Assembly: GCA_036339555.1 (NCBI GenBank)
Contig: JAYZAT010000006.1
Location: 65 to 64,064 of the forward strand
Direction of reading: 5' to 3'
Length of the DNA stretch: 64,000 bases
From: Planctomycetota bacterium
Lineage (GTDB): Bacteria > Planctomycetota > Phycisphaerae > Phycisphaerales > SM1A02
Program-made: the position numbers and the translations under genes
Shown: one piece after another, positions 8,966 to 18,845 of the stretch
Numbering within the stretch: position 1 is the first letter of the stretch
Layout of the letters: each line of letters begins with the position of its first letter
Notes under the pieces: generated by a model
The model's database searches: none
The model's input: only the letters and a program-made list of their open reading frames with translations
Told to the model about the DNA's origin: nothing

Positions 8966-10555
8966 ATGGCCGAGTCCAAGACGAAGAACGATGCGAGCGG
9001 GGAGGTCACCGATCCTTCTGTGCTGGTGAAGGCTCGGCGAGAGAAACTCCGTCGATGGCGAGAAGAGTTCGATCTTCAGCCCTTTGGTCACCGGGTCGAT
9101 GACCTGGAATCGCTGGCGACCGCCCGGGATCGATTCGATGAGGCCGCCGACGACCTCTGGCGTGAGCGAAGCGAGGCAGTTGGAGAAGGCGAGGCGGCCC
9201 CGGATGACCCACGTCCACGGGCTCGGGTCGCTGGTCGATGCGTGCAACATCGCGCGATGGGCAACCTGGTCTTCGTCGTGTTGAGGGATGACTCGGGCGA
9301 TCTCCAGATCAGTATTTCGAAACAGGCTGTTGATGCAACTTCATTCAAGGTCGCATCAAAGCTTGACTATGGTGACATCGTTGTTGCCGAGGGTCCGGTT
9401 GGTCGTACCAAGCGAGGCGAGATCTGCATCTGGGCGGATCAGTTTGAACTGCATTGCAAGTCACTGATGCCACCCCCGGAGAAGTACCACGGTCTGACCG
9501 ATGTCGAAGCACGCTACCGTCAGCGGTACGTCGATCTGTACATGAACCCCGAGGTCATGGATGTCTTCCATCGCCGGTCACGAATCCTGGCAACGACGCG
9601 AAAGTTCATGGAGTCGCGGGGCTACATCGAAGTAGAGACTCCGATGATGCAGTCCCTGGCTGGTGGTGCTGCGGCACGTCCGTTTATGACTCATCACAAT
9701 GCGTTGGACATGCCGTTGTTCATGCGCATTGCACCAGAGCTTTATCTCAAGCGTCTCCTGGTCGGTGGCATGCGGCGGGTCTTTGAGATCAACCGGAACT
9801 TCCGGAACGAAGGCATTGATCGTCAGCACAATCCCGAGTTCACGATGATGGAACTCTACGAGGCATTTGGTGATCTTGACACCATGCTGGAGCTGGTCGA
9901 GTCGCTTCTGCGGGTCCTGGCCCAGGAAACGAATGATGGCGACGGCGCCGTCGTGACCTTTGGCGAGTTGGAGATCGACTACGGTCTCCCGTTTGAACGC
10001 ATCCGGTATGGGGATTTGTTCACACGCGGTACGGGATTAGAAATGGCAGATCGCGATGGCGTACTGGCCGCCGCGAAAGCTGCTGGTGTCGAGGATGCGG
10101 ACAAGCGTGATCACTGGCTACTCGTGAATGAACTGTTCGAGGACAAGGGCGAATCAACGATTGACCCGTGCCGCCCGACATTCGTAACCCACTATCCCTC
10201 AGCGATCTCTCCCTTGACTCGACCAGATCCTGAGATTCCGGACCTGTCCCTGCGGAGCGAGTTGTTCATTGCTGGGATGGAAGTGAGCAATGCCTACACG
10301 GAATTGAATGATCCAGATGTCCAGCACTCGATCTTTACCCAGCAACTGTCTGGTGCTGATGATGAAGCCAGCACGTTCCGTTCTATGGACGAGGACTTCG
10401 TGAATGCGCTGCGTGTGGGCATGCCGCCTGCAGGTGGCATGGGTGTTGGTATCGATCGTGTGGTGATGTTAATGACCGGATCTACCAGTATCCGAGACGT
10501 CATCCTGTTCCCGCTGTTGAAACCCGAAGGAGGCGAGGGTGATGATGCTTCGTAA
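8966..10555 (+). CDS. lysS: Lysyl-tRNA synthetase, class II
   Basis: OB-fold N-domain plus class II motifs (FRNEGID, HNPEFTMMELYEA, GMGVGIDRVVMLMTG). The start is set at the internal ATG (MAESKTK). Confidence 0.95.
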   Translation: MAESKTKNDASGEVTDPSVLVKARREKLRRWREEFDLQPFGHRVDDLESLATARDRFDEAADDLWRERSEAVGEGEAAPDDPRPRARVAGRCVQHRAMGNLVFVVLRDDSGDLQISISKQAVDATSFKVASKLDYGDIVVAEGPVGRTKRGEICIWADQFELHCKSLMPPPEKYHGLTDVEARYRQRYVDLYMNPEVMDVFHRRSRILATTRKFMESRGYIEVETPMMQSLAGGAAARPFMTHHNALDMPLFMRIAPELYLKRLLVGGMRRVFEINRNFRNEGIDRQHNPEFTMMELYEAFGDLDTMLELVESLLRVLAQETNDGDGAVVTFGELEIDYGLPFERIRYGDLFTRGTGLEMADRDGVLAAAKAAGVEDADKRDHWLLVNELFEDKGESTIDPCRPTFVTHYPSAISPLTRPDPEIPDLSLRSELFIAGMEVSNAYTELNDPDVQHSIFTQQLSGADDEASTFRSMDEDFVNALRVGMPPAGGMGVGIDRVVMLMTGSTSIRDVILFPLLKPEGGEGDDAS

Positions 10556-12044
10556 GAACACCTGGTCGAATTGGAAGTGTCTTGCTGTTCTCCTGCTGTT
10601 GTTGCCAGGATCACTTGTCCAGGCTGGCGAGGTTCTGGAAGATCTCTGGTACGGCATCGAACTGGGCGGTGGCCGAATCGGCTGGCAGCACAACGTCGTC
10701 GAAGTAGACGGTGATCGTCGCACGAGCACGACGGACATGGAGATGACCTTCAAGCGTGGCCAGATGGAAATCAAGGTGGCGATTAAATCGACTTGGAAAG
10801 CCACCACTTCGGGCAAACCCGTCTCCGTGAAGATGATCCAGGACATGAGCGTGTCCAAGACCATTGTGAAATGGACCTTTGAGCCGGATGGCATTCACAT
10901 CATGGAAACCAGTGGCGGTCCCCCGGTGACCAGGAATGTGCCCCTTCCGAAGGAACGTTGGTTGCTGCCGTATGACGTCCAGCAATACTTCCTCGAACGC
11001 GCTCGGGCCGGGGACGAGGAGATCTTGGTGAAGATGATGTCACCCGAGGTTGGACCTGAAGTCATCACTGTGACCTATACGAAGATCGGCAAGGAGAAGC
11101 TGACCATTGAGGGTCGAGAACACGACACCACGATTTGGAACATGGTGAACAGTGCCATGCCAGAGGTCGCATCAAAGCTCTGGTATTCAACCGATGGTGT
11201 CATGCTGGCCAATGAGACCGATATCGGGTTTGGCGTTCTGCGCATGACGCTCGAGGACAAGGCAACGGCCGAGCAGGAGCCGACCGCACCCGAGGTTTTC
11301 TTCAATTTGATGATTGAACCCAACCAGCCCATCCCCGATCCCTGGAAGGCACGCCGTGTGATCATGCGTGTGCGACCAAAGAAGGACTCAGAGGTTGACC
11401 TGGAGCTGCCTTCATTGGGCTATCAGAGTATTGCTGGCAGGGAAGATGACTCCGTCACCATCGTGGTGGACATGGCGAACCCGCAGCCGGCTACTGCCGA
11501 GGAGATTGCAGACGATTCGTTTCTCGGTCAGTCCGTCATGATCGATCCAGAAGATGTCAAGATCGTTGAGCTTCACGATGAAGCCATGGCCAATGCACCA
11601 GAAGATGCCAGTCCGATGGAACGTGCTCTGATTCTGAGAACCTATGTCCTCAATTACATCGACAACAAGAACCTGCAAACTGCCTTCGCCAGCGCTTCGG
11701 AGGTGGCCCGCAATCGCAGCGGAGATTGCAGTGAACATGGCGTGCTGCTCGCAGCCTTGCTTAGGGCAGATGGCATTCCCGCCCGGGTGGTGACTGGGTT
11801 GGTGTACGTGCCGGGTATTGGTGAGAAGGGCCAGGGGGTGTTTGGCTGGCATATGTGGGACCAGGCACTCATCGACGGCCAGTGGGTCGATCTTGATGCG
11901 ACCCTTCCTGTTCAGTTCAGTGGTGGACATATCACGACGTCAACCTCAGCGCTCGCCAAGGGAACCGGTGCCTCAGATATGGCCGGACTTATTGCTTTAC
12001 TGGGCAACATCGAGATCGATGTGATTCGCGTGGATCACGAATGA
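10542..12044 (+). CDS. Secreted transglutaminase-like cysteine protease superfamily protein
   Basis: Signal peptide, then C-terminal NRSGDCSEHGVLLAALLRADGIPARVV...GWHMW...DAT, the Cys-His-Asp transglutaminase-core pattern. Confidence 0.7.
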   Translation: MMLRKNTWSNWKCLAVLLLLLPGSLVQAGEVLEDLWYGIELGGGRIGWQHNVVEVDGDRRTSTTDMEMTFKRGQMEIKVAIKSTWKATTSGKPVSVKMIQDMSVSKTIVKWTFEPDGIHIMETSGGPPVTRNVPLPKERWLLPYDVQQYFLERARAGDEEILVKMMSPEVGPEVITVTYTKIGKEKLTIEGREHDTTIWNMVNSAMPEVASKLWYSTDGVMLANETDIGFGVLRMTLEDKATAEQEPTAPEVFFNLMIEPNQPIPDPWKARRVIMRVRPKKDSEVDLELPSLGYQSIAGREDDSVTIVVDMANPQPATAEEIADDSFLGQSVMIDPEDVKIVELHDEAMANAPEDASPMERALILRTYVLNYIDNKNLQTAFASASEVARNRSGDCSEHGVLLAALLRADGIPARVVTGLVYVPGIGEKGQGVFGWHMWDQALIDGQWVDLDATLPVQFSGGHITTSTSALAKGTGASDMAGLIALLGNIEIDVIRVDHE

Positions 12045-12937
12045 CAACAGCTGATTGGCCACCGGCGGCACCCTTACCACCTCGTCCAGAAGATGGGCAC
12101 AAGGGCACCTTCGGGACCGTGCTGGTCATTGGTGGTTGCGATGATGCGGAATCCTGCATGGTGGGTGGCCCGGCCTTTGCAGCCATGGGGGCACTTCGAG
12201 CAGGGGCGGGTCGAGCTGTATTGGCCGTCCCACGCACGATCCTCACCGCATGTCTGGAGGTAACGCCATCGGCCACCGGTCTGCCATTACCTGCCGAAGC
12301 TTCGGCAGCCGTAGATTGTGTTCGCGAGATGATGCCCCAGGTTCAATCGGTCGTGATCGGCCCTGGGCTCGGGACCAGCGAAACAGCCCGAGCCTTGGTC
12401 GAGGCAATTGTCACGACCTCCGTTGGTCCCGCGGTTGTGCTGGATGCTGATGGTCTCAACCTGTTCGCCGGGCAAGGCAAGTCAATGAGTGCAGTCGAAG
12501 TTCCGATGGTCGTGACACCGCATCCAGGGGAATATGACCGACTGGCTTCTTCACTGGATCTTCCGAAGGCTCCACGGACACCCGAGGCCCGCACCGAGGC
12601 TGCCGCAGCCTTGAGTGAAGCGTTGCATGTGGTCGCCGTGCTCAAGGGCCCAGGTACGGTCGTGGCCGAAGCTGGGAAAAACTGGACATGTCAACGCGGA
12701 TCCGTGGCCTTGGCGACCGGAGGGTCAGGTGATGTGCTGGCCGGCATCATTGGAGGATTGTTGGCCCAGGGAGTGATGGCAGACAGCTCATCAGCGTGGG
12801 ATCTCGCTGCCTGGGGCACGTGGATCCATGCCGTCTCTGGTGAACAATGGGCTTCGCAACACGGTTCCTCCGGTCTCCTTGCCGCAGAACTGGCGGCAGA
12901 AGTGCCGGGAGTGATGGCGTCACTGCCACGAGCATAG
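12041..12937 (+). CDS. nnrD: ADP-dependent NAD(P)H-hydrate dehydratase (YjeF C-terminal type)
   Basis: HKGTFGTVLVIGG and GGSGDVLAGIIGGLLAQG motifs. ATGA overlap with the upstream gene. Confidence 0.85.
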   Translation: MTTADWPPAAPLPPRPEDGHKGTFGTVLVIGGCDDAESCMVGGPAFAAMGALRAGAGRAVLAVPRTILTACLEVTPSATGLPLPAEASAAVDCVREMMPQVQSVVIGPGLGTSETARALVEAIVTTSVGPAVVLDADGLNLFAGQGKSMSAVEVPMVVTPHPGEYDRLASSLDLPKAPRTPEARTEAAAALSEALHVVAVLKGPGTVVAEAGKNWTCQRGSVALATGGSGDVLAGIIGGLLAQGVMADSSSAWDLAAWGTWIHAVSGEQWASQHGSSGLLAAELAAEVPGVMASLPRA

Positions 12938-12959
12938 GTGTCACTGGTATCCTCGCTGC

Positions 12960-13973
12960 ATGGCCGAACACCATGTGGCACAGAGTCCGACCGTTCGTGA
13001 ACTTCAACCGGGCATGTACTTGCGCGAGGGGTTGTACTCGCTGGTGAATCCCCAGGTGGGTACGAACCGAAACGGTGGTCAGTATCTCAAGTGCCTGCTC
13101 CGAGATGCCACCGGAGAAGTCGCGGGGCGCAAGTGGAAGCTGGATGATTTTCACCTGGACGATTGCGTCAGCACCGGGTTCGTCCGGATCGATGGCGAGA
13201 TCGTTGAGTTCAATGGCTTGCCCCAGGTGAACATCCACGACATCGAGGCCGCCCAGGTCACTGAGTCCGAGTTAACGCATCTCTTGCCTCATACCCGGTT
13301 CGACATCGACATGATGTTCCAGTCAGTCATGAGCATGTTGGATTCACTGGATCACCCGGCGATGCGTGCCCTGGCACGCCGATATAGCGAAGACGACGAC
13401 CACATGAAGGCCTTCCGTCGAAGCCCGGCCCCGATGGTGATGCATCATGCTTGGATCGGGGGATTGCTCGAGCACACTTGGCAACTGATGCGGTTGGCAG
13501 ATGCCATGCTGCCCAGTTATTCGGATGCATCGGGGTCTCCAAGCCTCAACCGTGACTTGGTCTTGATGGGACTGTTCCTGCATGATCTCGCGAAGACGAC
13601 AGAGCTCTCTTGGCACAAGGGTTTCGCGTACACCACCGATGGGAATCTGGTCGGTCATATCGCTCGTGCATCCATCTGGCTGGAAGACTGTGCTCGGGAC
13701 CTGGATCCACCGCTGCCGGCTGATGCCCTTGCTGTACTCCACAACATCCTGCTGAGTCACCATGGCGAACCCGAGTACGGAGCCCTGCGTCCGCCGATGA
13801 CACCCGAGGCGGTTTTGGTGGCCCAGTTGGATAACCTCGATGCACGTATAGCGATGTCGCTGGCGGCCGTTGATCCTGACGGCGAAGGCCGCCCGACCGA
13901 TGGCGGTGAGTTCACGGAACGTGCTGCCGGAACCGGCGCACGCATGTATCGCCGCGAACTCCTGGGTGAGTGA
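12960..13973 (+). CDS. OB-fold plus HD-domain 3'-5' exoribonuclease, YhaM/Cbf1-like
   Basis: N-terminal OB-fold-like region, then an HD domain (HHAWIGGLLEHT ... LFLHDLAK ... HHGEPEYG). Confidence 0.7.
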   Translation: MAEHHVAQSPTVRELQPGMYLREGLYSLVNPQVGTNRNGGQYLKCLLRDATGEVAGRKWKLDDFHLDDCVSTGFVRIDGEIVEFNGLPQVNIHDIEAAQVTESELTHLLPHTRFDIDMMFQSVMSMLDSLDHPAMRALARRYSEDDDHMKAFRRSPAPMVMHHAWIGGLLEHTWQLMRLADAMLPSYSDASGSPSLNRDLVLMGLFLHDLAKTTELSWHKGFAYTTDGNLVGHIARASIWLEDCARDLDPPLPADALAVLHNILLSHHGEPEYGALRPPMTPEAVLVAQLDNLDARIAMSLAAVDPDGEGRPTDGGEFTERAAGTGARMYRRELLGE

Positions 13974-14788
13974 TTGACGACAAGGCCTTCACGGGTCGGA
14001 TACACTCACGCATTCCCATGATGCCGAAGAATGATCGAATACTTGTCGGAATACCTGTCTACAACGAAGCCGCCTTCGTGACCGATGTATTGCAGGAGGT
14101 GCTGCAGTATGCGGATCATGTCTTGGTCATCGATGATGGTTCTACTGACGAGACGGCAAGGCTTCTTTCAGAACAGCCTGTCAAGATCATCCGGCACGCC
14201 ACCAACCGGGGATACGGTCGTTCAACTCGGGACATGTTCCAATGGGCTCAAGAGGACGGCTTTGAATGGCTCATCACCATGGATTGTGATCGGCAGCATG
14301 AACCGGCTGCGATTCCCTCCTTTAGGAAACGGATTGATGCCGGTGGGGTGGATGTCATCTCGGGAAGTCGGTACATCCATCGAGACGTGGATGCGGACAT
14401 GCCTCCGGCAGATCGCCGTGCGATTAACCGGATGATGACCGACGAAATTAACCGTCGCTTGGGGCTCTCGCTCACCGATGCGTTCTGTGGCTTCAAGGCC
14501 TACCGGGTGGAAGCCTGTGCGGACCTCAGATTGGACGTCGATGGCTACGATTTTCCCATGATGTTTTGGGCTCAAGCTGTTGCCGCAGGACTCGTCATCG
14601 ATGAGTTGCCAGTGCGACTGATTTACAACGATCCATCGCGGTCCTTTGGTGGCCCCCTGGATGATCAGGCACGACGTCTTCGGTTCTACCAATCGACCTT
14701 GTATGAAGAGATCATCAGGTTGGCCCCTCATCTTCCGGCAGGTGCAGATGAGGGCTTGGCACTCGGTGAGGCTGCGTTCCATGGTTGA
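13970..14788 (+). CDS. Glycosyltransferase family 2 (Dpm1/polyprenol-phosphate glycosyltransferase-like)
   Basis: ILVGIPVYNEA, VIDDGSTDET and DCDRQHEP motifs. The GTG at 13970 overlaps the upstream stop; an alternative ATG lies at 14018. Confidence 0.8.
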   Translation: MIDDKAFTGRIHSRIPMMPKNDRILVGIPVYNEAAFVTDVLQEVLQYADHVLVIDDGSTDETARLLSEQPVKIIRHATNRGYGRSTRDMFQWAQEDGFEWLITMDCDRQHEPAAIPSFRKRIDAGGVDVISGSRYIHRDVDADMPPADRRAINRMMTDEINRRLGLSLTDAFCGFKAYRVEACADLRLDVDGYDFPMMFWAQAVAAGLVIDELPVRLIYNDPSRSFGGPLDDQARRLRFYQSTLYEEIIRLAPHLPAGADEGLALGEAAFHG

Positions 14789-16082
14789 GTCGATGCCCAT
14801 GATTCGAGTTGTTCCACCGTCTCGGCGTGCAGCGACCTCAGGCCTTCCCGAATCCATCAAGAGAGAAACCCGCCGGTCGCTCAAACTGCCTGAATCAGGG
14901 CCAATCATTGCTACGGGTCATGCCCCCATGCACTGGCATCCAGGGATCCTGGCGAAATTCATGGCCATGCGCGTCTTGTCTCAGGAGCAGCATGCCACAC
15001 CGCTTGTACTCAACATTGACACGGTGACGGGTGATCCAGGCCTCATCGAGGTTCCGTTCATCGATCGAGATGGCTTGCCCTGTAGTAGCACGATTCGCCT
15101 CTTTGATTCCAACCCGGATGTTTCCTTGGGGATGCAGCCCGCTACTGAACCTGCGGACCTGAACTGGTTGGATGGAATCGACGATTTCCGTTCAGAACCA
15201 CTTGTCAATCTTTCTACTGCTGTTCATTCCGCCCGTGGTGACTTGTCACTCGCTTCCCAATTGATGCGTGCCCAATTAAATCTCGCGCGTAGTTGGACCG
15301 GCAGGCCAACAGTGCTTGGTGCATCGAAACTCTTGAAGACAGCTTGTGGCCGTTGGTTACTTGAGCTCATGCAACGTGACACGGCGCGATGTTCCGAGGC
15401 CTACAACGCTGCCGTGAGCGTCGATCCTGACGCCGGTATTCGACCACTGGATATGACCCTTGGTGAACTGCCTCTTTGGGATATTCGGAGTAGTGAACGC
15501 CGGACGGCCCGTCGCCAGGATTTGGATGAGGCCAACTTGCTCCCCAAAGCCCTGATGATCACGGCCATCATGCGGTTGGCCGGATGCGATCTGTTCCTAC
15601 ATGGCACCGGTGGGGCCCGTTATGACGCCCTCATGGAAGGCTGGATTCGACAATGGCTCGGGATAGAAGTCATGCCCTTCATGGTGGTGACAGCAGATGT
15701 CCTTCTTCCGATGCCGGATGTTGAAACGATTGCACGGCTTGGACAATCCCTGGTAGCGCGTGGTCGCAGGGCGTATCACGATCCGGAATCAGTGGAAGAA
15801 ACTGCTGATGGGCCCGGGCCTCAGAAACGAGCTGCCCTGGAGTCAATCGAATCGGCACCACGGGGGAGTGAAGCCCGGCGTGAAGCCTATGCCTCCATGC
15901 ACGAAACGCTTGCCACGCTTCGGGTGGATGCCCGCGAAACCTCGATGGCCATCGCGGGACGTGTTCGTGATGCACGAAGAACGATCGCCCGTCGAGATTG
16001 GGACTTTTTCTTTCATCCCGAGGAGGCACTCGATGTCTTGGCGGATGAAGTAGAGAACCGAGTTCTCGATTCCATTCGCTAG
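14781..16082 (+). CDS. Hypothetical protein with weak BshC-like pattern resemblance only
   Basis: Long ORF whose ATG overlaps the GT2 stop (ATGGTTGA). The motifs TGHAPMHWHPGILAKF and LFLHGTGGARYDAL loosely recall the BshC family. No confident assignment. Confidence 0.5.
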   Translation: MVESMPMIRVVPPSRRAATSGLPESIKRETRRSLKLPESGPIIATGHAPMHWHPGILAKFMAMRVLSQEQHATPLVLNIDTVTGDPGLIEVPFIDRDGLPCSSTIRLFDSNPDVSLGMQPATEPADLNWLDGIDDFRSEPLVNLSTAVHSARGDLSLASQLMRAQLNLARSWTGRPTVLGASKLLKTACGRWLLELMQRDTARCSEAYNAAVSVDPDAGIRPLDMTLGELPLWDIRSSERRTARRQDLDEANLLPKALMITAIMRLAGCDLFLHGTGGARYDALMEGWIRQWLGIEVMPFMVVTADVLLPMPDVETIARLGQSLVARGRRAYHDPESVEETADGPGPQKRAALESIESAPRGSEARREAYASMHETLATLRVDARETSMAIAGRVRDARRTIARRDWDFFFHPEEALDVLADEVENRVLDSIR

Positions 16083-16104
16083 AGCGGTTCGAACTGTGAG
16101 CGCG

Positions 16105-17541
16105 TCAGGGCGTTTCCAATCCCGATTGCTTCCAAATCAATTCAATGCGGTCTGCGGTGGTGGTTTCGACGACTAATCCGTCTGGGTTGTGTTGTCGAAT
16201 CAAACCCGTTGGCCCGTATTCACCAGTTGTTGGAAGCCCTGAGTCATCCAACCATGTCTGCAGGATCCAGGTTGAGTCCCCGAGGCTTTGGGGCGACCAT
16301 TCATCACGTCGCGTTCCCAGTTGAGGGGTATTTTGGCGGTGATCGAAGAAGGCGTAACTCATCGCCAAGGGCTCAACTCGTGGCAGGAAGAGGCCCATCG
16401 TCCAGGTCAGGGCTCGTGGCATCCACGGAGAGGGAGCTTCCCATTCATAGGGCTCGCGAAGATTGATTTCATCATCCTGTTTGATCACCACGATTCTGGG
16501 GCGGGGTTGGCCCAGGGTTTGTCGTGTGCGAAATCCAAATTCCTTTTCATGCCTGGTGGCGGCACCCTGCCGACGGGTGACGGTAGCCGTCCAGGCTTCA
16601 TGGGACATGTCCCATGCCAACCAATACAGGCCAAGCATGTCCATGTAGATGCCCCGTTCGGCGTCTCCCACGACACGGGAATGAACTCGAACCAGCAGGC
16701 CTTCCTCTTCTTCGTCGGGGCTGAACATGTCCGAGATGCGGCCAGGTTTGATCTCGCCCATGGAAGCAGCTTCTACCGTGAAAATGGAATAGGCCACTTC
16801 TTGGTCGGCTTCTCCGTCCTTCCCGGGGCGGTAGATGCGTCGGTAGGATCGGTGCCCTGTTATGGATCGGAGATCTTCTTCCTTCAGATTTGCCAGAATT
16901 TGAGCCGTGTTATCGGCCTCAATCTGAGCGAATTGGTTGGCCATCCTGGGACCACGTAGGGAGATCGATCCAAGGGCGGCTTCCATTTCAGGCCGAATCA
17001 GTTCCAAGTAGGCCGGCATCGTGATGATGGTGGCAACCATGTAGTGCAATTGGCCGGCTAACCGCCCCTGGGGCAGCACCAACCAGCCAAAGATCACGTC
17101 ATTGCCGTTGGGGAGCTTCTCGCGGACCCATGCCAGGTGACCTGGGGTGCCATTAATGGTCCAGGCCTCCTCTTTGAGGACTTCGATCGCGGTTTCTTCC
17201 TTGTCCTGGGACAACATCAGGCGTCGAATCATGGATTCAGCTGAGGGGTCATTGCTGGGGACGGATTCCAGGCGAAGGCTCCAGGCAGGCTGATTTGCCC
17301 CATCGCGGACCACGAAGAAGGGATTTTGCCCACTCTTGCGTGAGGCAACCATAGAGCCGGAGGGCAGGGTCATGCTGATTCCGACCTCGTTGCTGATAAA
17401 GACCTGGCCATCCACTGTGCCAATGAGGGGTTGGCTGGCTGGAACCGATTCGACCGTGGATGGTGGGGGCGAGGACTTGGCAGGGGTTGCTGGCCCTTGG
17501 AATCCCAGGAAGAGGATGAATGACATGGCAAGGTGAGGCAT
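16105..17541 (-). CDS. Hypothetical secreted protein
   Basis: 478-aa ORF with a hydrophobic N-terminus (MSFILFLGFQGPA). I recognise no motif. Confidence 0.55.
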   Translation of the reverse strand: MPHLAMSFILFLGFQGPATPAKSSPPPSTVESVPASQPLIGTVDGQVFISNEVGISMTLPSGSMVASRKSGQNPFFVVRDGANQPAWSLRLESVPSNDPSAESMIRRLMLSQDKEETAIEVLKEEAWTINGTPGHLAWVREKLPNGNDVIFGWLVLPQGRLAGQLHYMVATIITMPAYLELIRPEMEAALGSISLRGPRMANQFAQIEADNTAQILANLKEEDLRSITGHRSYRRIYRPGKDGEADQEVAYSIFTVEAASMGEIKPGRISDMFSPDEEEEGLLVRVHSRVVGDAERGIYMDMLGLYWLAWDMSHEAWTATVTRRQGAATRHEKEFGFRTRQTLGQPRPRIVVIKQDDEINLREPYEWEAPSPWMPRALTWTMGLFLPRVEPLAMSYAFFDHRQNTPQLGTRRDEWSPQSLGDSTWILQTWLDDSGLPTTGEYGPTGLIRQHNPDGLVVETTTADRIELIWKQSGLETP

Positions 17542-17619
17542 CCCGGAACTGTACCCTCGGTCGGTCCTTGGCGAGGTGTTCTCAAGGGCTCTGGGAGGGG
17601 GTTCAAAGCCCCTCGAACC

Positions 17620-17647
17620 TTGACAATGGCGGCTGGAGGCCTATCAT
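17620..17647 (+). promoter_or_regulatory. Near-consensus sigma-70 promoter for the rpsJ operon
   Basis: TTGACA (17620-17625), a 16-nt spacer, then TATCAT (17642-17647), about 110 nt upstream of the rpsJ ATG. Confidence 0.45.
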
Positions 17648-17757
17648 CGTCGTTTCGCCTTCGGCTGTGCAGCCGTGGGCGTTGTCTTGATATGGACGAT
17701 TTGTGAACCGTTACCCGGTAGCGCATGGACCGGGTCTGTGAATGGAATGACGACTCG

Positions 17758-18066
17758 ATGTCAGCGGTGAAGATCAGGATTCGGATGGAGGCTTACGACC
17801 ACCAGGCGTTGGACGTCTCGGCGAAAGAGATCGTCGAGCACGCGAAGCGTACGGGGGCACGAGTCGCCGGCCCGATCCCGCTGCCCACGCGTCGGGAAGT
17901 CTACACGGTCAATCGTTCGACGTTCGTTAATAAGAAGTCTCGTGAACAGTTCGAGATTCGAACACATAAGCGGATCATCAACATCGAAGATCCGAATGCA
18001 CGCACCGTTGAGGCACTCAACCGACTGGTTGTTCCAGCCGGCGTGTTCGTGAAGATCAAGGCCTGA
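17758..18066 (+). CDS. rpsJ: 30S ribosomal protein uS10
   Basis: [15 protein letters not shown]...GPIPLPT...EIRTHKR matches uS10. The start is trimmed to MSAVKIRIR. Confidence 0.95.
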   Translation: MSAVKIRIRMEAYDHQALDVSAKEIVEHAKRTGARVAGPIPLPTRREVYTVNRSTFVNKKSREQFEIRTHKRIINIEDPNARTVEALNRLVVPAGVFVKIKA

Positions 18067-18100
18067 CGAATCAGGTCAACTGGAAACACGACCGGGCCAA

Positions 18101-18136
18101 GACAGGCATGCCCGACTCGTGAAACGAATGCCTGTC
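18101..18136 (+). promoter_or_regulatory. Perfect 9-bp stem hairpin in the rpsJ-rplC spacer
   Basis: GACAGGCAT, an 18-nt loop, then ATGCCTGTC. Function unknown. Confidence 0.3.
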
Positions 18137-18167
18137 AGGCGACGCCAACCACGCAAGGTTCCGGAAC

Positions 18168-18845
18168 ATGACTTCGGCACTGCTTGGAAGAAAGATCGGC
18201 ATGACCCGCTACTTCACGGAGGAGGGGCGCAATATCCCCGTGACCGTGATCCAGGCGGGACCGTGCGTCGTCACTCAGATTAAGACTGACGAGGCCGATG
18301 GCTACTCTGCCATTCAGATCGGTTTCGAAGATTTGGCCGCCCGCCGCAGCACCATGCCGGTCATCGGTCATGATCACAAGGCTGGCACCTCACCCAAGCG
18401 CTTCCATAGTGAGCACCGTACTGATGACGTGGACGTCGAACTTGGCGATACGATCACAGTGGAGTGCTTCGAGGATGTTCCATTTGTGGATGTCTGCGGT
18501 CGAAGCAAGGGCAAGGGATTCCAGGGCGGCATGAAGCGTCACAACTTCTCCGGTCTCGAAGCCTCCCACGGCGTCAAGAGGCGGCATCGCTCGGTGGGTT
18601 CCATCGGCGGTCACTCTGCCAACTTGGGAACCGGCCCAAAGCTGAAGAAGGGCAAACGGATGCCCGGGCACATGGGAGACGAGAACGTCACCGTTCGGAG
18701 TCTTCCGGTTATCGCCATCGATACAGATCAGAACTTGATTCTCGTGAAAGGGACAGTGCCCGGTCCGAACAACTGCAGAGTGTTCGTGCGACCAGCTGTT
18801 CGTCTCAACAGAGCGAAGACATCGTTAGTAGGAAAGAAGAAGTAG
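18168..18845 (+). CDS. rplC: 50S ribosomal protein uL3
   Basis: LLGRKIGMTRYFTEEG and FQG..KRHNFSG motifs, plus operon position. Confidence 0.95.
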   Translation: MTSALLGRKIGMTRYFTEEGRNIPVTVIQAGPCVVTQIKTDEADGYSAIQIGFEDLAARRSTMPVIGHDHKAGTSPKRFHSEHRTDDVDVELGDTITVECFEDVPFVDVCGRSKGKGFQGGMKRHNFSGLEASHGVKRRHRSVGSIGGHSANLGTGPKLKKGKRMPGHMGDENVTVRSLPVIAIDTDQNLILVKGTVPGPNNCRVFVRPAVRLNRAKTSLVGKKK

